In this document: positions 47,727 to 56,104 of the stretch, piece by piece
How the letters are laid out: every line of letters begins with the position of its first letter
How positions within the stretch are numbered: position 1 is the stretch's first letter
Assembly: GCA_048882045.1 (NCBI GenBank)
Contig: JBHLRZ010000016.1
Location: forward strand, 10,738-74,737
From: Candidatus Thorarchaeota archaeon
GTDB lineage: Archaea > Asgardarchaeota > Thorarchaeia > Thorarchaeales > Thorarchaeaceae
Direction: 5' to 3'
Length of the DNA stretch: 64,000 nucleotides
The notes under the pieces: model-generated
Told to the model about the DNA's origin: nothing
The model's database searches: none
Seen by the model: the letters and a program-made list of their open reading frames with translations, nothing else
Translations under genes and position numbers: made by a program

Positions 47727-49172
47727 CTCCTTCTGATGGTCCCGATGCACAAGGGTTTGTCCATCGACCACCCATGCAAGCGCTAGAGCTTGAAACTCAT
47801 CTGCCCACTTCATCACAATTGCAGGAGCTACACCAAGAGATCTTGCAATCTCCCTGATGGACATCTCACCGTGTTCTTCAACCATGAGGTAGGCTTTGGT
47901 CTTCTCCGTGCTATCCATTAGGTCTAGATATCCCTCAAGTGTTTCCTGCGTATGAGCTAGTTTGGCTTTGGTTTCTTCAAGGTCCTTAGTCGATCTTTCG
48001 AGATTAGCCTTAGCTCTATCAAACTCAGACTTGAGCCGTTCTAGTTCTCGAGCTTTGTCTCCAGATTCGAAGGATCTTAGTCGGGCTCGAATCTCCTCCA
48101 TTTCAGTAAGTCGATCAGCAGTCTTAGCTTTCTCGTCCTCTAGTTGCCCTGCCTGAGTCTTCAAATCTCCAATCTCTAAATCCTTCTTTGCTATATCATC
48201 AGAGAGCTCTTTCGACCTTTGTTGAGCAGTTGTTATTCTATCTTCGACTTCAGCAACTTTCTCATTAAGAAGTTCATTTGATGCCTCAAGGGTCTTTACT
48301 TTCTGCCTTAGGTCCAGAAGGACTTGTTGATCAGTCTGTGGTGCTGCTTTCAGAGCAGCAAGTTCCTCTTCCAGTTCTTCGTTTATGACCTTGAATGAAG
48401 CATTGTCTTTGCGAAGATTCTCTATTTCGGTTTCTCTTGTTTCAATCTTCTGAGTGGAGAGAGTAAGTTCTTGAGATAGCTCTTCAATTCGGCGTTCGAG
48501 TACTTTCATCTTGTCAGCAATGTCCTTTGGGACCTCAATTCTGGGCTTCATTCCCAATTCTGATGCCAAGAATTCAACCTCTGTGGTTGCTCGTTGAGTA
48601 AAATCATCAATGTTTGACTTGAGTGCGGTTAGTTCTTCATAGGTGATTTTCATTGCTTCCTTCAAGCTCTCTGTCACATCACGAACTTTCTCAAGAATCG
48701 GAGTTGACATACCTGTTGTGAGGGAATCTTCCACCTTGGAGAACTCTTGTTCAACACGTGGCTTGACTTCAGTCTCGATAAACGTAGACTGGAGATTTGT
48801 CTTTGCAGCACGTTTACTACTGCTGACAATGTCACCACGCATTGCGACAAGGTTTCCCTTCAGGCTGACCAGAAATGATAGAACAACTGGAACGAGGTCT
48901 CTCTCGATTCGGTCAATTGAACCATCAACTGTCATGATGTTACGTTCGAGGAGACTAATACTGTCCTGTAGTTTCTCAAGGCTCTTGTCAATCTCCATTC
49001 GTCGCCGTACTTGGTCAGCAGATTCGACTCTCATCACGTCACTCTTCATCCGGCCTGATTCAATGAGCTCTTGTCTCATTTCATCATCCACACCAAGTTC
49101 GGTGAGTAGATCGTCGACAACTCCACCTTTCTTTCCTGATTCATCAGACTTCTTTTCAGGATCTTCAGCCAT
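47718..49172 (-). CDS. Long coiled-coil protein with C-terminal HTH/winged helix
   Basis: ~350 aa heptad-rich; C-terminal GEMSIREIARSLGVAPAIVMKW. Confidence 0.75.
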   Translation of the reverse strand: MAEDPEKKSDESGKKGGVVDDLLTELGVDDEMRQELIESGRMKSDVMRVESADQVRRRMEIDKSLEKLQDSISLLERNIMTVDGSIDRIERDLVPVVLSFLVSLKGNLVAMRGDIVSSSKRAAKTNLQSTFIETEVKPRVEQEFSKVEDSLTTGMSTPILEKVRDVTESLKEAMKITYEELTALKSNIDDFTQRATTEVEFLASELGMKPRIEVPKDIADKMKVLERRIEELSQELTLSTQKIETRETEIENLRKDNASFKVINEELEEELAALKAAPQTDQQVLLDLRQKVKTLEASNELLNEKVAEVEDRITTAQQRSKELSDDIAKKDLEIGDLKTQAGQLEDEKAKTADRLTEMEEIRARLRSFESGDKARELERLKSEFDRAKANLERSTKDLEETKAKLAHTQETLEGYLDLMDSTEKTKAYLMVEEHGEMSIREIARSLGVAPAIVMKWADEFQALALAWVVDGQTLVHRDHQKESE

Positions 49173-49283
49173 AAAGAAACCTCACTTTCCTCAAACCCGT
49201 AAAGGCAGATGGAAAGGTAGCCAGATAATACATAAATCTATTCGGTGAAAGCTCCAATGTATCTAGGAGCCTGAGAACGCGCA

Positions 49284-50120
49284 ATGCGACTGAAGATTGA
49301 GATGCAAGCAAACATACACAACCGTGGAACTTCCAAGTTGCGTCGAGGTGTTATGGTTTGGCATCTTTTCACGGACATGGAAAACCAATTTGTTGAGATG
49401 ATAGACGTCTTTCCACCAGCGAAGGTCACTGAAAAGGCAGAAAATAACATGGTTGCAGTGATAAAGATTCCAGAGTTGAATCCTGGAGAAAGCTTCTCCC
49501 CATCTGCAGTCCTAAGAATCGACACAATAACTAGAGACTGGTTGATGGAACCACAGATGACCCCTGAGAATCTTGTATCTCAAGCCCGAGGAATGTATTG
49601 TACTCTCCAGAGATATTGGGAGATAGATGATCCATTGATTCAGGAAATGTCCCAGAAGGCGGCAGAGCGGACTGGAGACGACGAGTCTTATGCCAGACTT
49701 GTCTTCGAAAAAGTGCGTGAACTAGTGAAACTAAAGACACACCTAGACGAGCGTAGAGGAGCAGCTCGAGCAGCACGGGAGAAAGAGGGAGACTGTGATG
49801 AGCATGCGGACCTGTTCATAGCTTTGGTTCGTACAGTACACATTCCAGCAAGGAGAATAGTTGGTCACTATTTCAGGGGAGATCCTGAACCAGAACCTCA
49901 CGCTTGGTGTGAGGTGTTCCTGGAGAGACAAGGATGGGTTCCAGTAGATCCAGCTTTGGGACATTTTGGTATTATGTCCGAGAACTATTTCTCTAGAATC
50001 AGAGAAGGTCTTGTTTCCGAGAGACCCACGATTCATCTGAAATGGAGTGGAATTGCCAGTGAGGCACCCTCTATAGAAGAAGAGGTCAAAATGACAGTTC
50101 TCAAGAACGGCCATAGTTAG
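49284..50120 (+). CDS. Transglutaminase-like (Cys-His-Asp) protein
   Basis: GDCDEHADLF.AL.R...IPAR..G, HAWCEV, GWVPVDP. Confidence 0.88.
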   Translation: MRLKIEMQANIHNRGTSKLRRGVMVWHLFTDMENQFVEMIDVFPPAKVTEKAENNMVAVIKIPELNPGESFSPSAVLRIDTITRDWLMEPQMTPENLVSQARGMYCTLQRYWEIDDPLIQEMSQKAAERTGDDESYARLVFEKVRELVKLKTHLDERRGAARAAREKEGDCDEHADLFIALVRTVHIPARRIVGHYFRGDPEPEPHAWCEVFLERQGWVPVDPALGHFGIMSENYFSRIREGLVSERPTIHLKWSGIASEAPSIEEEVKMTVLKNGHS

Positions 50121-50842
50121 AGACCGCGAATCAATCCTGTTGTTTCTAACTGAACGAATAGTTCAGCGCCAAAGTGCCAGCATGCGTGTGTGTCGAATAT
50201 TGAACACATCACCTTGGGGAGTAGAGGTTCTTCGAATGCAGAGTGCAGAGTCCCCGCAAGATGATGTGTCATCAGTTCTCCATACGCAGCTACCTGAGGT
50301 ATGGAATCGATGAATCGTTTCTTCGTCTGCTCGAGAGGACCGGGTTTATAGTCGCAGACATGGATGACACCATTAACAACTCTTACAAGGTCTACATGTC
50401 CAGTCAAACGATATCTCTCAGACCAGACTGGTACTTCAATCGCTATGGTATTTGGATCCTTTAGAAGGAACTCTTTCAGTATATCATGACCTGCAGAGTA
50501 ACTCAGGTCATTTCGAGACCGATGATACTTTCTAAGTAATTTGACCAGTTCATCATCGACAGTTGTTTCAAGCTTTCCAGATCGTTTCAGCTTTTTACGA
50601 AAACCCACCTTCTTCGCAGAGGACATCTCTGCTAAGCTAAGTCTTGATGCTCGATTATAGAACGGATCTTCAAAGGGAAGTTGTGGCACTTTTCCAATAT
50701 GGATTGAATTCAAGTGAGCCCACAAGGAGAAGAGGTCACCCTCATCATTACCAAGCTCTTTGTGATGCGCTATGTTCCACTGAAATCCATAAGCGATTTT
50801 ACCATGCTGAAAATCACGTCGTAGAATATCTTCTGGAGCCAT
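50117..50842 (-). CDS. PD-(D/E)xK nuclease, RecB/Cas4-like
   Basis: IEVPV...LTGHVDL...VCDYKP...QVAAY. Confidence 0.75.
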   Translation of the reverse strand: MAPEDILRRDFQHGKIAYGFQWNIAHHKELGNDEGDLFSLWAHLNSIHIGKVPQLPFEDPFYNRASRLSLAEMSSAKKVGFRKKLKRSGKLETTVDDELVKLLRKYHRSRNDLSYSAGHDILKEFLLKDPNTIAIEVPVWSERYRLTGHVDLVRVVNGVIHVCDYKPGPLEQTKKRFIDSIPQVAAYGELMTHHLAGTLHSAFEEPLLPKVMCSIFDTHACWHFGAELFVQLETTGLIRGL

Positions 50843-50886
50843 AGCATTCTCAGAAGGTTTTCGGTTTCAATCTATTTAATCCACCG

Positions 50887-50935
50887 CAAAAAGAGGAAAG
50901 TAGGAAGAGGGAGATATCAATTCCCTCAATCCTAC
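50887..50935 (-). terminator. Hairpin + U-rich terminator
   Basis: Stems GTAGGA/TCCTAC and GAGGGA/TCCCTC; minus strand continues TTTCCTCTTTTTG. Confidence 0.5.
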
Positions 50936-50945
50936 AACTTACAAT

Positions 50946-53531
50946 CTATTTCTTTTTCTTCATCATTATGACAATGATGATGATGACAACAAGTACTCCA
51001 CCTACGATTGCGATTAGCACGAGTGGATCAAGGGTTATTCCAGGTCCTCCGACGTAGTTGTCGAGTTCAAACACTGCATCTGAATCGTCTGTGGAGCCAA
51101 GGACACCATCGGAAACAGACACACGAATCAGGTATTGATCACCATCATCGTGTAATGTTGTATTCCACTCATACTGCATAGTATTCAGTCCAGATGCGAG
51201 CAGGGACCAGTCCCCTCCGTTGTTGTCACTGTAATAGACATCAAAGGTCAATGGATCACTGTCATAATCAACTGCAGTCCAGTTCACTAAGACCATACCA
51301 CTGAGTACTTCGCCACCATTTGGATCGGTGACTTCGACCATCGGAGCCCTATTCTCAGTGAGCCAGCGGAATACATTCTGCAGTAGGATGTCATTATCAC
51401 TGTCATAGAGAATTGGTACACCATCACCATCGTAGTCAAAGTTGTATCGTGGGAAGATATAGTCAGCTGAGAAGAAAACACGACCCATGCTGTAGTCTAA
51501 TGCGGCCATCAGAGTGAGCCCATTGGCTGGAGTTCCATCGTCCCATGTTGCTGTTCCATCTGTGTCAGTTCTGACAAGACTTGTTGCACCGCCGATGCTG
51601 ATGAACGCAGAGGTCCACTGAAGCTCGAGGCGTTCAACCCCATCCATGATTGGATGATTGCCAAAGTTGCTTACATTGTAGAAGATGTTCTGATGACTGG
51701 CATCGAGAAAGTCATCTGTGTCAGTAATATATCCTGTATTGTTCAGATCCAGCCCAAACTCATTACCTACTAGGTCTGCTTCCAGTCCATAGACTGTTTG
51801 ACCTCCAAGTAGAGCCAAGCCACCTCCTCCTGATACATAGTTGACAATGTCAGTTAGTTCACTAGCTGTATAGTTAATGGACCCGTCTTGAATAACAAGG
51901 GCATCTGCATTATCTAGCAATGAGGAATCAGTTGTCCAGTTATCTATCCACCTAATGGTATAACCATTTTCAGTTAGGAATTGACCAAATCCGTAGTAGG
52001 ATAGGGTGAGCCACCAATTTCGTCCATGTGATTCATCGAAGACCACGAATTTCTCCTTAACGCCACCACCAGAAGCCCAGAGAACTGCATTTCGTGCGAA
52101 CTGTGCGTTCTGCGCATCGAAGTAGGTGAAAAACGAATCACCGTCCGGATTGGTGTACTGTGAGAGCATGTCCCAGTCAGTCACTACTGATACTCGTCCA
52201 AGACCGTAGCTTGCAGCTGCTGCAACAGTAAGACCGTCTGCTGGTGTGCCATCACTATAGAATGATGTGGCATCATCATCTGTTGTCACCAGGGCAAAGC
52301 CATTCGCTGGATACTCAAGCAAACATCCACCCCTGTCAAACTCGACACTGGTGACCTTCAGTGTAATCGAATGGGTATTGATATTCTCAGGTTGATATGG
52401 CGTGTAGGAGGATAGTGTGTCATTCAGGTCATAGATATAACCGGTCGTGTTTCTAACAAACCCGAACCTGTTAATAACAGGATCCAGCTCATTTCCGTAT
52501 ACACCCCAGTCTGTATAGACAACCAAACCTCCACCAGAGGCAACGAAATCCTCTATTACAGTAACCTCTCCAGCTGAATAAACTATGTCACTGACTACTT
52601 GGACAAGTACATCACATGCCTCAAGTATGCTTGGATTCCATGTTGTCATCGCAGAAACTGCGAATCCGTCAGATACGAGATCTAGGGAGTAGTTTAGGAG
52701 AGCTCCTCCAATGTATCCCATAGGTGAGTGTGATGCGTCAAATACAACATGACGGGTCAGCTGGATTGCATTGACAAGAATGTCTTCTTGTGCCTGACCA
52801 GATATGTACAAGTCAAATCCGAGTATCGCGATGTGACCCTTTCCCATGGTCCTATGACCAACTACAGGGAGTGTACCGTCATCAATAACATTTGTAAATC
52901 CTGTAACATTAAAACGAAGAGTTCCATCTGTTCCAGGAAATGTTGATGGTATACCTCTTGCGAGTGCATTGTTTGCATCAATGACATTGTTTGTAGCACC
53001 AGGATATCCATATCCATTATTATACTCAATGAAACCAGTTGCATTAAGCATCTGTAGTGACGGACCATGTGGAATGGACAATAGTGAACCGTAGCAGTCC
53101 AGTGCCACAATATTACCACCATTTGCAACGAATGATTCTAAAATTCCATTCCACGCTGCACCGATTGCTGTGATATTATCATCATAGAGTCGTTCTTGCT
53201 CAGGAATCAGAAAAACATCATAGTCCATGATCACTGATGGAAGATCGTTATAATCAGTCAAGTTTGCTATGTGATAGTCATTCAAGAAATGACCATTAAT
53301 AACTGCCAAGGTATTTCCTAGTTCACCATTCGGTCCTGCTGAGTCATCAGCAAATTCAGTGTAAACGAGGATGGACTTTGGCAGATGATTGTTCTCAGAG
53401 CCATCTGCAGAAGAGATTACTCCTTGATTCTGAGTTGAGAGTGCATATGCAGCCTGCATTCCAAACCCTACAGAGAGGGCGGAACCAATAAACAAAGACA
53501 AAACAAACGCACTCAAGACTTTAGTTTTCAT
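50946..53531 (-). CDS. Secreted, membrane-anchored protein with three GATase-like (DUF4350/GIFT-type) domains and an Ig-like domain
   Basis: Signal peptide; repeats VVFD.SH...D.LV...E...I..(F/Y)V..GGGL...G.GRV; PNGGE Ig-like domain; C-terminal TM + KKKK. Confidence 0.72.
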   Translation of the reverse strand: MKTKVLSAFVLSLFIGSALSVGFGMQAAYALSTQNQGVISSADGSENNHLPKSILVYTEFADDSAGPNGELGNTLAVINGHFLNDYHIANLTDYNDLPSVIMDYDVFLIPEQERLYDDNITAIGAAWNGILESFVANGGNIVALDCYGSLLSIPHGPSLQMLNATGFIEYNNGYGYPGATNNVIDANNALARGIPSTFPGTDGTLRFNVTGFTNVIDDGTLPVVGHRTMGKGHIAILGFDLYISGQAQEDILVNAIQLTRHVVFDASHSPMGYIGGALLNYSLDLVSDGFAVSAMTTWNPSILEACDVLVQVVSDIVYSAGEVTVIEDFVASGGGLVVYTDWGVYGNELDPVINRFGFVRNTTGYIYDLNDTLSSYTPYQPENINTHSITLKVTSVEFDRGGCLLEYPANGFALVTTDDDATSFYSDGTPADGLTVAAAASYGLGRVSVVTDWDMLSQYTNPDGDSFFTYFDAQNAQFARNAVLWASGGGVKEKFVVFDESHGRNWWLTLSYYGFGQFLTENGYTIRWIDNWTTDSSLLDNADALVIQDGSINYTASELTDIVNYVSGGGGLALLGGQTVYGLEADLVGNEFGLDLNNTGYITDTDDFLDASHQNIFYNVSNFGNHPIMDGVERLELQWTSAFISIGGATSLVRTDTDGTATWDDGTPANGLTLMAALDYSMGRVFFSADYIFPRYNFDYDGDGVPILYDSDNDILLQNVFRWLTENRAPMVEVTDPNGGEVLSGMVLVNWTAVDYDSDPLTFDVYYSDNNGGDWSLLASGLNTMQYEWNTTLHDDGDQYLIRVSVSDGVLGSTDDSDAVFELDNYVGGPGITLDPLVLIAIVGGVLVVIIIIVIMMKKKK

Positions 53532-53770
53532 CCTTAATATTCTCCATCTCCACTTGTGAGTAGTAGAAAAAGATGCGTGCTTTCCTTCCTCACAAGCAAT
53601 TTTGTCCTCAGGGCCTTCTCATTTGTATATATGAAGTTTGTCTGAACAATACAACAGTATTGACTATACAGAACAAGTTAGAAGTCTCTAGGACACTGGC
53701 ATTTGTCAAGAAATCTATTGGCACGAATCTTTTTAATCTCCAGAAATTCTCGTCTGATTGGTGACGAATT

Positions 53771-54067
53771 GTGACCTATGCATTCATAGTCTTCTATCGT
53801 TTTCAGCTGATGACTCCGGAACAAGCTGGAAAAGCAAAAGAGTTCTGGGAGGAGTTTGGGAAAGGCAGCTGGCCCGAACACCTGAAGATTGTTGGAGACT
53901 ACAAATACGCATGGGGAACGGATTGGAGTGGATTTCTTCTTCTAGAAACAGAGGATCCCCAGACATTCTTTGAGTTTTGGCCTATATTCAGAGATAAAAC
54001 AAGATGGTACATTGATAATACTCGAACAGTGATTGCTATCAAAAGAGAGGCAAGGGACTGGATGTAG
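53771..54067 (+). CDS. Small dimeric alpha/beta-barrel protein (GYD/DUF3303-like)
   Basis: WPEHLKIVGDY..AWG...GFLLLETED pattern. Confidence 0.55.
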   Translation: MTYAFIVFYRFQLMTPEQAGKAKEFWEEFGKGSWPEHLKIVGDYKYAWGTDWSGFLLLETEDPQTFFEFWPIFRDKTRWYIDNTRTVIAIKREARDWM

Positions 54068-54076
54068 ACACAAGAG

Positions 54077-54105
54077 GAACCGTGGGACAAATGCCCCAAC
54101 GGTTC
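54077..54105. terminator. Hairpin between convergent genes
   Basis: GAACCGT-GGG...CCC-CA-ACGGTTC between stops at 54067 and 54115. Confidence 0.45.
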
Positions 54106-54114
54106 TACTGTCTT

Positions 54115-54891
54115 CTATGCGGCTTGATAGGGATCAGCATTGTTCTCAAGCAATGTTACTAGCCATTTGAGATCCTTGGGGGAAATTCCCTTTGGGTCGT
54201 ACGGAAAGATTGTCATCGCACCTGCTTTGAAGTTGACTGTTGTTTTCATCGTCTTCTTTGAGGATGGATAGGGAATGGATCCACTGAACCTAGCAATATT
54301 ACCTTGGTACCTTTGTTGGTACAGATTAATTTCACTAGCATTCTGGATGTTGTCACCCTTGAACTCAGCATGAGTAAATGCAATCTTTTTCACATCCATA
54401 TCAGTCAGAAGCACGTATGAGATGTTGGCCTTGTCCCGACGTTTTAGGTCGTCAAAGACTGTTCTTGCTTCCTTTGTAACACTCAAAGGAGCCATTCGAG
54501 CAATTTCCTCCCTCCTGAGAAGTGTGCGGAATCGAGCAGCCAATCGATCCGAGCCTCGAATCTCGACAAAGTCTCTGTCAAGCTTGACTACAACAGTACC
54601 TCTCTTTACTGTATAGCTTGGGGAATCCAATTTCTCCAGTTTGCCCTTTCTGAATGTATAGAGGGGTAATGCAAAGCTCGCGATGAACTCACAAGTTACT
54701 GTACTTCCTTCAGCATTCACCTTTGCAAATCCCTGTACAGGTTCAGTTTCTGACATTACGAAGGGCTTACCCTTCATGAATTTCTCTAACTGAGCTGCAG
54801 ACATAGCCATGTCCCTGAGGTGGAACAGCCGTACCGATAGGCTGACACCATCTGGTTTAATGAGGTCGGCAGCTGATTTCTTCGCACTCAC
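54115..54891 (-). CDS. Hypothetical basic protein
   Basis: 258 aa Lys/Arg-rich ORF with GTG start; no family recognised. Confidence 0.6.
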   Translation of the reverse strand: MSAKKSAADLIKPDGVSLSVRLFHLRDMAMSAAQLEKFMKGKPFVMSETEPVQGFAKVNAEGSTVTCEFIASFALPLYTFRKGKLEKLDSPSYTVKRGTVVVKLDRDFVEIRGSDRLAARFRTLLRREEIARMAPLSVTKEARTVFDDLKRRDKANISYVLLTDMDVKKIAFTHAEFKGDNIQNASEINLYQQRYQGNIARFSGSIPYPSSKKTMKTTVNFKAGAMTIFPYDPKGISPKDLKWLVTLLENNADPYQAA

Positions 54892-55176
54892 GGTATCTCA
54901 ACTCGCATTTTTTGTAAAGACAGTGTGTTAACCTACCTTTACTTCCAGTGGAATAAATGCTTCGTTTTTCATATAAATCAATCATCAAACCCAGAAAATA
55001 GCTCCGTCTAACGGATGTAATACCCAGATACTAATGACAGTATGAAATGGGGACCTTAAAGACACATATCCCGAGGAGTCCATTCGTATTTGGCGCCAAA
55101 CAAAATTGCACAAATTCAAGCAAAAGGGTGATATTGTGGAGAGTAACTCGGAGTCACAGGGCAAGGATTGGTATAC

Positions 55177-55644
55177 ATGAGACTGTTGTTCGTACTTGGT
55201 TCAGGTGGGCATACTACACGAGGTATGATCCTTAGCAACCAGGTTAGAGGTCAGAAGTATTACATGGTCCCATGGGAGTCAGAGGTGACAAAGAAGAAGG
55301 TGGGAGGGAATTATTTCAGTGTCATATCTCCAAGGTTCCGTGCGAAGGACAACAGGATTATGACTGTTCTGCGAACCTTCTTTCTGTTTCTTCACAGTCT
55401 CATCATTCTATTCATTGTCAGACCCAAGGTCCTGATTAGTACCGGTTCAGGTCTCACACTACCCCCATTCCTAGTCGCACGAGTCTTTGGAATCAAGACC
55501 ATCTTCATTGAGAGTCCTAGTAGGGTCTTTGAACCATCCATCGCAGGAAGAATGTTGTTGGGAAAAACAGACCTCTGGTTGAGCAGTTGGCCCGAATTGG
55601 CAAGGCGCTACGATGGAATCGAATACAGGGGGATGATCTTCTGA
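55177..55644 (+). CDS. Alg14-like (PssD/Cps14F) glycosyltransferase subunit
   Basis: LFVLGSGGHT, RPKVLISTGSG, FIESPSRVFEPS.AG. Confidence 0.88.
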   Translation: MRLLFVLGSGGHTTRGMILSNQVRGQKYYMVPWESEVTKKKVGGNYFSVISPRFRAKDNRIMTVLRTFFLFLHSLIILFIVRPKVLISTGSGLTLPPFLVARVFGIKTIFIESPSRVFEPSIAGRMLLGKTDLWLSSWPELARRYDGIEYRGMIF

Positions 55645-56093
55645 TTTTTGTTACAGTCGGAACATCATTGCCACATGACGATCTTATCGAAGCCATTGAC
55701 AATCTCGTTGGTTCAAGAGAAATTCTAGACGAAGTCATTGCACAGAGAGGAGCGGGAGAGTATAGACCCAAACACATCAAGAGCTTCAGGTTCAGGAAAG
55801 GACTTGATGGGTATCTTTCCAAAGCTGAGATAGTCATCAGTAACTGTGGCGCTGGAACAATTATGGAGAATGTGACAAAAGGGCATAGACTAGTTGTGAT
55901 ACAGAATCCAGACATAACCGGAGGACATGAGTGGGAACTTGTCACAAAGATGGAGAAAGGTGGTCACTTAGTCTGGTGTAGGGGGCTGGACCAGCTGAAG
56001 GAATCCATTAGACAAGCTCGGACTATGGACTTCACTAAATTTCAACCAGAGAGATTGGACCTCAATTCTATATTGAGGGACCTGATGCCCTGA
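55641..56093 (+). CDS. Alg13-like (PssE/Cps14G) glycosyltransferase subunit
   Basis: IFVTVGT N-terminus, AEIVISNCGAGTIME, HEWEL; probable CTG start overlapping the Alg14 TGA (ORF track starts 55587). Confidence 0.85.
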   Translation: MIFVTVGTSLPHDDLIEAIDNLVGSREILDEVIAQRGAGEYRPKHIKSFRFRKGLDGYLSKAEIVISNCGAGTIMENVTKGHRLVVIQNPDITGGHEWELVTKMEKGGHLVWCRGLDQLKESIRQARTMDFTKFQPERLDLNSILRDLMP

Positions 56094-56104
56094 TGATTTG
56101 AGTG

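Noticed and set aside
50117-50842. CRISPR-associated Cas4
   Set aside because: No four-Cys Fe-S pattern and no cas genes or array nearby
54115-54891. RdgC-like or nucleoid-associated protein call
   Set aside because: Only vague compositional resemblance; no diagnostic motif
54892-55176. ORF 55047-55235 or an ncRNA in this intergenic gap
   Set aside because: The short ORF overlaps alg14 and has no recognisable features; no convincing stable structure
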